A stretch of DNA of 32,000 bases, taken from the NCBI RefSeq assembly GCF_001457615.1, contig NZ_LN831024.1, positions 1,080,001 through 1,112,000 of the forward strand, in the 5' to 3' direction. Position 1 is the first letter of the stretch, and every line of letters starts with the position of its first letter. Below the pieces are notes generated by a model. The model saw only the letters and a list, made by a program, of their open reading frames with translations, ran no database searches and was not told where the DNA came from. Of this stretch, positions 7,341 to 14,368 are shown piece by piece. The position numbers and the translations under genes are program-made. Source of the stretch: Pseudomonas aeruginosa (GTDB taxonomy: Bacteria > Pseudomonadota > Gammaproteobacteria > Pseudomonadales > Pseudomonadaceae).

Positions 7341-8516
7341 TCAGAGCAGTTCGAGCGCCACGGCGGTGGCTTCGCCGCCGCCGATGCACAGCGAGGCGAC
7401 GCCGCGCTTGCCGCCTTTCTGGCGCAGGGCGTTGATCAGGGTGAGGATGATCCGCGAGCCGGTGGAACCGACCGGATGGCCCTGGGCGCAGGCGCCGCCA
7501 TAGACATTGACCTTGGCATGATCGAGGCCGTGTTCGCGCATGGCGAGCATGGTGACCATGGCGAAGGCTTCGTTGATCTCGAACAGGTCGACGTCGTCCT
7601 TGCTCCAGCCGGTCCTGGCGAACAGGTTGGTCATCGCGCCGATCGGCGCCAGGGTGAACTCGCTCGGGTCCTGGCTCTGGGTGGCATGGCCGACGATTCG
7701 CGCCAGCGGCTTCAGGCCACGGCGCTGGGCTTCCTCGGCGGTCATCAGGACCAGCGCGGAGGCGCCGTCGGAGATCGAGCTGGCATTGGCGGCGGTGATG
7801 GTACCGTCCTTGCGGAACGCCGGCCTGAGGCTCGGGATCTTCTCCAGGTTGGCGGTCAGCGGTTGCTCGTCGTCCTTCACCACGCTCTCGCCCTTGCGGC
7901 TGGTGACGGTGACCGGGACGATTTCCGCCGCCAGCGAGCCATCGGCGATGGCGGCCTGGGCGCGCTTGAGCGATTCGATGGCATAGGCGTCCATCTCCTC
8001 GCGGGTCACGCCGTACTTGTCGGCGGTCTCCTGGGCGAACGAACCCATCAAACGGCCGGTACGGGCGTCCTCCAGGCCGTCGAGGAACATGTGGTCCTTG
8101 ATCTCGCCGTGGCCCATGCGCAGGCCGCTGCGGGCTTTCTCCAGGACATAGGGCGCGTTGGACATGCTTTCCATGCCACCGGCGACCATCACCTGGTTGG
8201 TGCCAGCCTTGAGCAGGTCGTGGGCCAGCATCACCGCCTTCATCCCCGAGCCGCACAGCTTGTTGATGGTGGTGCAGCCGGTGGCGGCGGGCAGGCCGGC
8301 CGCCAGCGCGGCCTGGCGGGCCGGGCCCTGCTTCAGGCCGGCGGGCAGGACGCAACCCATGATCACTTCCTGTACGTCCTCGGCGGCGATGCCGGCGCGC
8401 TGCACCGCTTCGCGGATCACGACGGCACCCAGGTCGACCGCGGAAACGCCGGCCAGGCTGCCCTGGAAGCCGCCCATGGGAGTACGGGCGCCGGCGACGA
8501 TGACGATATCGGACAT
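7341..8516 (-). CDS. Acetyl-CoA C-acyltransferase / acetoacetyl-CoA thiolase (thiolase II-like)
   Basis: 391 aa, starting MSDIVIVAGARTPMGGFQGS. The active-site Cys context is NKLCGSGMKAV. The C-terminus has GHPVGSTG and LCIGGGEATA. AGAGG RBS. Confidence 0.92.
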   Translation of the reverse strand: MSDIVIVAGARTPMGGFQGSLAGVSAVDLGAVVIREAVQRAGIAAEDVQEVIMGCVLPAGLKQGPARQAALAAGLPAATGCTTINKLCGSGMKAVMLAHDLLKAGTNQVMVAGGMESMSNAPYVLEKARSGLRMGHGEIKDHMFLDGLEDARTGRLMGSFAQETADKYGVTREEMDAYAIESLKRAQAAIADGSLAAEIVPVTVTSRKGESVVKDDEQPLTANLEKIPSLRPAFRKDGTITAANASSISDGASALVLMTAEEAQRRGLKPLARIVGHATQSQDPSEFTLAPIGAMTNLFARTGWSKDDVDLFEINEAFAMVTMLAMREHGLDHAKVNVYGGACAQGHPVGSTGSRIILTLINALRQKGGKRGVASLCIGGGEATAVALELL

Positions 8517-8696
8517 GGAACGTTACCTCTTGTTCTGGATAGGGTCTGAACGATTCAGTGGGCGGATTCTATCTTGTGACCGGGAGGCTCCGAAAGGTCA
8601 CGGGCAAATCACTCTTTTGACTGATGAACAAAGCCCGCCGACGGCTCTAGAGTCGGCCTCATCCTGACAACGAACCCGCTCCCAGGTGTACGCCCC

Positions 8697-10379
8697 ATGC
8701 TGAAGACCCGTCTCATCCCGGCCGCCGCCGGCGCTTATCAGTATCCGTTGCTGATCAAGAGCCTGATGCTTTCCGGCCGTCGTTACGAAAAGAGTCATGA
8801 AATCGTCTACCGCGACCAGGTGCGCTACAGCTACGCCACCTTCAACGAGCGCGTCGCGCGCCTGGCCAACGTACTCAGCGAGGCCGGGGTGAAGGCCGGC
8901 GACACGGTGGCGGTGATGGACTGGGACAGCCATCGCTACCTGGAATGCATGTTCGCCATCCCGATGATCGGGGCGGTGCTGCATACCATCAATATCCGCC
9001 TCTCCCCGGAGCAGATCCTCTACACCATGAACCACGCCGAGGATCGCTTCGTGCTGGTGAACAGCGAGTTCGTCCCGCTCTACCAGGCGGTGGCGGGGCA
9101 GCTGGCCACGGTGGAGCGGACCATCCTGCTCACCGACGGCGCGGAGAAGAGCGCCGAACTGCCCGGCCTGGTCGGCGAATACGAGTCGCTGCTGGCCGCG
9201 GCCAGCCCGCGCTACGACTTCCCCGATTTCGACGAGAACTCCATCGCCACCACCTTCTACACCACCGGCACCACCGGCAATCCGAAAGGTGTGTATTTCA
9301 GCCACCGGCAACTGGTCCTGCACACTCTGGCGATGGCTTCGACCATCGGCAGCCTGGACAGCATCCGCCTGCTCGGTACCAGCGACGTGTACATGCCGAT
9401 CACCCCGATGTTCCATGTCCACGCCTGGGGCACTCCGTACGTGGCGACCATGCTCGGGGTCAAGCAGGTCTATCCCGGGCGTTACGATCCGGAACTGCTG
9501 GTCGAACTGTGGAAGCGCGAGAAGGTCACCTTCTCCCACTGCGTGCCGACCATCCTGCAGATGGTGATGAACGCCAGGGCTGCCCAGGGCGTGGACTTCA
9601 AGGGCTGGAAGGTGATCATCGGTGGGAGCGCGCTGAACCGCTCGCTCTACGAGGCGGCCAAGGCGCGCGGCATCCAGCTGACCGCCGCCTACGGCATGTC
9701 GGAGACCTGTCCGCTGATTTCCTGCGCCTACCTCAACGACGAACTGCTGGCCGGAAGCGAGGACGAGCGCACCACCTACCGGATCAAGGCCGGCGTGCCG
9801 GTGCCGCTGGTGGATGCGGCGATCATGGACGAACAGGGCCGCTTCCTCCCGGCCGACGGCGAATCCCAGGGCGAGCTGGTGTTGCGCTCGCCATGGCTGA
9901 CCCAGGGGTATTTCCGCGAACCCGAGCGCGGCGAGGAGTTGTGGCGCGGCGGCTGGATGCACACCGGCGACGTGGCGACCCTGGACGGCATGGGCTTCAT
10001 CGAGATCCGCGACCGCATCAAGGACGTGATCAAGACCGGCGGCGAGTGGCTGTCCTCCCTGGAGCTGGAAGACCTGATCAGCCGCCATCCGGCGGTACGC
10101 GAAGTGGCGGTGGTCGGGGTGCCCGATCCGCAATGGGGCGAGCGCCCGTTCGCCCTGCTGGTGGTGCGCGAGGGCCAGCAACTGGACGCCCGTGGCCTGA
10201 AGGAGCACCTCAAGCCTTTCGTCGAGCAGGGCAACATCAACAAGTGGGCGATCCCCTCGCAGATCGCGGTTGTTACCGATATTCCCAAGACCAGCGTCGG
10301 CAAGCTGGACAAGAAGCGCATCCGTATCGAGATCGCCCAGTGGCAGGAAGCCGGCAGCGCCTTCCTGTCGACCGTCTGA
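8697..10379 (+). CDS. fadD6: Medium-chain acyl-CoA synthetase (AMP-forming, ANL superfamily)
   Basis: 560 aa. AMP-binding signature FYTTGTTGNPKGVYFSH, followed by YGMSETCP, TGDVATLDGMGFIEIRDRIKDVIKTGGEWLSS and a C-terminal PKTSVGKLDKK. The symbol is assigned from my memory of the PAO1 locus (PA3924), not from a search. Confidence 0.85.
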   Translation: MLKTRLIPAAAGAYQYPLLIKSLMLSGRRYEKSHEIVYRDQVRYSYATFNERVARLANVLSEAGVKAGDTVAVMDWDSHRYLECMFAIPMIGAVLHTINIRLSPEQILYTMNHAEDRFVLVNSEFVPLYQAVAGQLATVERTILLTDGAEKSAELPGLVGEYESLLAAASPRYDFPDFDENSIATTFYTTGTTGNPKGVYFSHRQLVLHTLAMASTIGSLDSIRLLGTSDVYMPITPMFHVHAWGTPYVATMLGVKQVYPGRYDPELLVELWKREKVTFSHCVPTILQMVMNARAAQGVDFKGWKVIIGGSALNRSLYEAAKARGIQLTAAYGMSETCPLISCAYLNDELLAGSEDERTTYRIKAGVPVPLVDAAIMDEQGRFLPADGESQGELVLRSPWLTQGYFREPERGEELWRGGWMHTGDVATLDGMGFIEIRDRIKDVIKTGGEWLSSLELEDLISRHPAVREVAVVGVPDPQWGERPFALLVVREGQQLDARGLKEHLKPFVEQGNINKWAIPSQIAVVTDIPKTSVGKLDKKRIRIEIAQWQEAGSAFLSTV

Positions 10380-10399
10380 CGGGGCTTTCCTACACCGCC

Positions 10400-10444
10400 G
10401 AAACGCCCGGAGGCCAAGCAAACGCTTGGTCTCCGCGTTTTCGC
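10400..10444 (+). terminator. Rho-independent terminator after the acyl-CoA synthetase gene
   Basis: An imperfect long stem, GAAACGCcCGGAGgCCAAGC-aaac-GCTTGGtCTCCGcGTTTTC, ends in a T-run. Confidence 0.7.
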
Positions 10445-10590
10445 GACCGGCCGGTCATTCTCCATCCGCCGCAAAGGCGCGAGCCAGAGTGGTTGCGCCG
10501 CGCAAATCACACTTTCGAGGGATCAAGCGGCAGGCAGCGCTAGCTATAGTCCACGCACTCATAACAAAAAACACACATGGAGTAGCGTCG

Positions 10591-12516
10591 ATGACAACCC
10601 GTAATCCGTTCTCGCGTCGGGCCCGGTTGCCGTTGGCCGTCAGCCTGGCTTCCTCGCTGGCGGCTCCGGCCTTTGGGGTGACCTTCAACATCGGGGAAAT
10701 CGAAGGTTCCTTCGACTCGGCGTTGTCGGTCGGGGCCAGCTGGTCGACCGCCAAGCCGAACAAGAACCTGATCGGTGTGAACAACGGCGGCAAGGGACTT
10801 TCCCAGACCTCCGACGACAGCCACTTGAACTTCAAGCGTGGGGAAACGTTCTCGAAGGTCTTCAAGGGCATCCATGACCTCGAACTGAAGTACGGCGATA
10901 CCGGTGTGTTCCTGCGCGGCAAGTACTGGTACGACTTCGAGCTGAAGGACGAGCACCGCGAGTTCAAGGACATCGACGACAGCGGCCGCAAGACCCTGGC
11001 CAAGTCCTCCGGCGCCGAACTGCTCGACGCCTTCATCTACCACAACTATGCCATCGGCGACCTGCCGGGCAGCGTGCGCCTGGGCAAGCAGGTGGTGAAC
11101 TGGGGCGAGAGCACCTTCATCCAGAACGGCATCAGCGCCATCAACCCGATCGACGTCACCGCCTTCCGCCGGCCCGGCTCGGAGATCAAGGAAGGCCTGA
11201 TCCCGGTGAACATGTTCTACCTGTCGCAGAACCTCACCGACAACCTGTCCGCCGAAGGCTTCTACCAGATCGAGTGGGACCAGACGGTGGTCGACAACTG
11301 CGGCACCTTCTTCTCCCAGCCGGACGTGGTGGCCGATGGCTGCGACCAGAACCTGGCGGTGCTGACCAACAACAAGGCGTCCATCAACCTGCTCAACAAC
11401 GTGCTCGCCGGGGCTGGCCTGAGCGTTACCCCGTCGCCCTGGGACGAGGGCATCCTGGTCCGCCGCGGGCCGGACCGCGACGCTCGCGACAGCGGCCAGT
11501 ACGGCTTCGCCCTGCGCTACTTCGCCGACGAACTGAACACCGAGTTCGGCGCCTACTACATGAACTACCACAGCCGCCTGCCGATCTTCAGCGGCCAGGG
11601 CGCCTCGGCCAGCACCATGGCGGCGATCAACGACCTCGCCACCCGCCTCGCCGCGATCAACCCGGCACTGGCCGCCCAGGCCGCGGCGGCGGCCACCGCC
11701 GGCAACTCCAGCTACTTCATCGAGTACCCGGAAGATATCCGCATGTTCGGCCTGAGCTTCTCCACCACGTTGCCCAACGGCACCGCGTGGAGCGGCGAAG
11801 TCAGCTACCGGCCCAACGCGCCGGTGCAGTTGAACACCACCGACATCCTCTTCGCCGGCCTCGACCCGGTGAGCATCGGCGGCAACCGCCCCTACGACAA
11901 CGCCTCGGTGCTGAACGGCCAGGCCGGGCAGGACCTGCACGGCTATCGGCGCAAGGAGATCACCCAACTGCAGACCACCCTGACGCACTTCTTCGACCAG
12001 GTGATGGGCGCCGAGCGCCTGACCCTGGTGGGCGAGATCGGCTGGACCCACGTCGGCGGCCTGGAAAGCACCTCCAAGGCACGCTACGGGCGTGACCCGG
12101 TCTTCGGACCGGGGCCGCTGCCGGGGACCATCTCCGGCCTGGCCAGCTGCCAGGCGCTGAACGTCAGCACGCTGGGCACCGCCGAAGCGAACAACGTCAG
12201 CCGCTACTGCGAGAACGATGGCTATACCACCTCGGACGCCTGGGGTTATCGCGCCCGTGCGATCTGGGACTACAACGACGTGTTCATGGGCGTGAACCTC
12301 AAGCCCAGCGTGGCCTGGTCGCACGACGTCGATGGCTATTCGCCCGGTCCCGGCGCCAACTTCGAGGAAGGCCGCAAGGCGGTCAGCCTGGGGGTGGACG
12401 CGGAGTACCAGAACACCTACACCGCGAGCCTCTCCTACACCAACTTCTTCGACGGCAAGTACACCACCGTGGACGATCGCGACTTCGTCGCGCTCAGCTT
12501 CGGCATGAACTTCTGA
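10591..12516 (+). CDS. DUF1302-family outer-membrane beta-barrel protein
   Basis: I call the start at ATG 10591, with GGAG 8 nt upstream. The track ORF (10270) is over-extended through the terminator. The signal peptide is MTTRNPFSRRARLPLAVSLASSLAAPAFG/VTFN. The body is long and rich in Gly, Asn and aromatic residues. The C-terminus ..FVALSFGMNF ends in Phe, which is the typical OMP beta-signal. Confidence 0.85.
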   Translation: MTTRNPFSRRARLPLAVSLASSLAAPAFGVTFNIGEIEGSFDSALSVGASWSTAKPNKNLIGVNNGGKGLSQTSDDSHLNFKRGETFSKVFKGIHDLELKYGDTGVFLRGKYWYDFELKDEHREFKDIDDSGRKTLAKSSGAELLDAFIYHNYAIGDLPGSVRLGKQVVNWGESTFIQNGISAINPIDVTAFRRPGSEIKEGLIPVNMFYLSQNLTDNLSAEGFYQIEWDQTVVDNCGTFFSQPDVVADGCDQNLAVLTNNKASINLLNNVLAGAGLSVTPSPWDEGILVRRGPDRDARDSGQYGFALRYFADELNTEFGAYYMNYHSRLPIFSGQGASASTMAAINDLATRLAAINPALAAQAAAAATAGNSSYFIEYPEDIRMFGLSFSTTLPNGTAWSGEVSYRPNAPVQLNTTDILFAGLDPVSIGGNRPYDNASVLNGQAGQDLHGYRRKEITQLQTTLTHFFDQVMGAERLTLVGEIGWTHVGGLESTSKARYGRDPVFGPGPLPGTISGLASCQALNVSTLGTAEANNVSRYCENDGYTTSDAWGYRARAIWDYNDVFMGVNLKPSVAWSHDVDGYSPGPGANFEEGRKAVSLGVDAEYQNTYTASLSYTNFFDGKYTTVDDRDFVALSFGMNF

Positions 12517-12576
12517 TGTACGCCGGCCCGGTGCGAACCGGGCCGGCGAGCAGGACTTAACGAGGACGACGAGCGA

Positions 12577-13944
12577 ATGAAAACAACGAAGATTCTTCTG
12601 CATACCGGTGTACTGGCCCTGAGCCTGCTGGCCACCCAGGTGATGGCGGCGGTATCCGCCGACGAAGCGGCCAAGCTCGGCACCAGCCTGACTCCGTTGG
12701 GGGCGGAGAAGGCCGGCAACGCCGACGGCAGCATCCCCGCCTGGGACGGCGGCCTGGCGACCAACGCCGGCAGCGTCGACAGCCGTGGCTTCCTCGCCAA
12801 CCCCTATGCCAGCGAGCAACCGCTGTTCACCATCACCGCGCAGAACGTCGACCAGTACAAGGACAAGCTGACTCCCGGCCAACTGGCCATGTTCAAGCGC
12901 TACCCGGATACCTACAAGATCCCGGTATACAAGACCCACCGCAGCGCCACCGTCCCGGCGGCGGTGCAGGAGGCGGCCAAGCGCAACGCCACCACCACCA
13001 AGCTGGTGGAAGGCGGCAACGGCCTGGAGAACTTCGATACCGCCAACCCGTTCCCGATCCCGCAGAACGGCCTGGAGGTGATCTGGAACCACATCACCCG
13101 CTATCGCGGCGGCAGCGTCCGGCGCCTGGTGACCCAGGCCACTCCGCAGGTCAACGGCTCCTACCAGCTGGTCTACTTCCAGGATGCCTTCACCTTCCGT
13201 ACCAACCTGAAGGACTACAACCCGAACAAGCCGAGCAACGTGCTGTTCTACTTCAAGCAGCGGGTCACCGCGCCCTCGCGCCTGGCCGGTAACGTGCTGC
13301 TGGTCCACGAGACCCTCAACCAGGTCAAGGAGCCGCGCCTGGCGTGGCTCTACAACGCCGGCCAGCGCCGCGTGCGGCGGGCTCCGCAGGTGTCCTACGA
13401 CGGTCCCGGCACCGCCGCCGACGGCCTGCGCACCTCGGACAACTTCGACATGTACAACGGTGCGCCGGACCGCTACGACTGGAAGCTGGAAGGCAAGAAG
13501 GAAATCTACATTCCCTACAACAGCTACAAGCTCGACGATCCGAAGATCAAGTACAGCGAAATCGTCAAGGCCGGCCACATCAACCAGGACCTGACCCGCT
13601 ACGAGCTGCACCGCGTCTGGCATGTGGTCGCGACCCTGAAGCCGGGCGAGCGGCACATCTACGCCAAGCGTGACTTCTACATCGACGAGGACACCTGGCA
13701 GGCCGCCGAGATCGACCATTACGACGGTCGCGGCACCCTGTGGCGCGTGGCCGAGGCGCATGCCGAGCAGTACTACGACAAGCAGGTGCCCTGGTACGCG
13801 GTGGAAACCCTCTACGACCTGCTCTCCGGCCGCTACCTGGCGCTGGGCATGAAGAACGAGGAGAAACAGGCCTACGACTTCAACTACAGCGCTTCGGAAA
13901 GCGACTACACCCCGGCGGCGCTGCGCCAGGAAGGGGTACGCTGA
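12577..13944 (+). CDS. DUF1329-family secreted protein (LolA-like fold family), partner of the DUF1302 protein
   Basis: 455 aa. Signal peptide MKTTKILLHTGVLALSLLATQVMA/AVSA. N-terminal family motif LTPLGAEKAGNADGSIPAWDGGL. It starts 60 nt after the DUF1302 gene and is followed by a strong terminator. Confidence 0.85.
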   Translation: MKTTKILLHTGVLALSLLATQVMAAVSADEAAKLGTSLTPLGAEKAGNADGSIPAWDGGLATNAGSVDSRGFLANPYASEQPLFTITAQNVDQYKDKLTPGQLAMFKRYPDTYKIPVYKTHRSATVPAAVQEAAKRNATTTKLVEGGNGLENFDTANPFPIPQNGLEVIWNHITRYRGGSVRRLVTQATPQVNGSYQLVYFQDAFTFRTNLKDYNPNKPSNVLFYFKQRVTAPSRLAGNVLLVHETLNQVKEPRLAWLYNAGQRRVRRAPQVSYDGPGTAADGLRTSDNFDMYNGAPDRYDWKLEGKKEIYIPYNSYKLDDPKIKYSEIVKAGHINQDLTRYELHRVWHVVATLKPGERHIYAKRDFYIDEDTWQAAEIDHYDGRGTLWRVAEAHAEQYYDKQVPWYAVETLYDLLSGRYLALGMKNEEKQAYDFNYSASESDYTPAALRQEGVR

Positions 13945-13962
13945 GAAACGGCGTTCCTAGCC

Positions 13963-13998
13963 ACGAAGAAACCGGCCTTGTGCCGGTTTCTTCGTTTT
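13963..13998 (+). terminator. Rho-independent terminator of the DUF1302-DUF1329 bicistron
   Basis: ACGAAGAAACCGGC-cttgt-GCCGGTTTCTTCGT forms a 14-bp perfect stem running into TTTT. Confidence 0.88.
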
Positions 13999-14368
13999 CG
14001 CGGGCGGCGTGCCGCTCCGGCCGTCAATTCATTACAAAGTGTTTTCCCGCCTCGCCCGCGGATTCCGTCGTCGCCATCCTCCCGGCGGGCACCTGTGTGG
14101 CCGGGAAACGTTTGCCGCGCCTGGACCGCGCCGGGAAACCGGTCTTTCCTTGGTTATCGAGCTGAAGCGCCGGTGCGCTATTTCGTCCGAGCCGATGGAT
14201 AGTGCTTCAAATAGCCATCACTTGTGGTTAGTCTCCGGAGCGTTCACGCCCCATACATAAACCAAGAAACCGGGTGATGACTGACTTCTCGCGCACCTTC
14301 TCGGGCACTCCATCCGCCGTCCTGCCGACGGCCAACCGCTTTTTCCGCCCCCGCTGCCGTCGGCCCAT

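Noticed and set aside
10500-10520. FNR-like half-sites TTCGAgggATCAA upstream of the DUF1302 gene.
   Set aside because: The spacing is wrong (3 nt) and the left half-site is poor, so this is probably chance.
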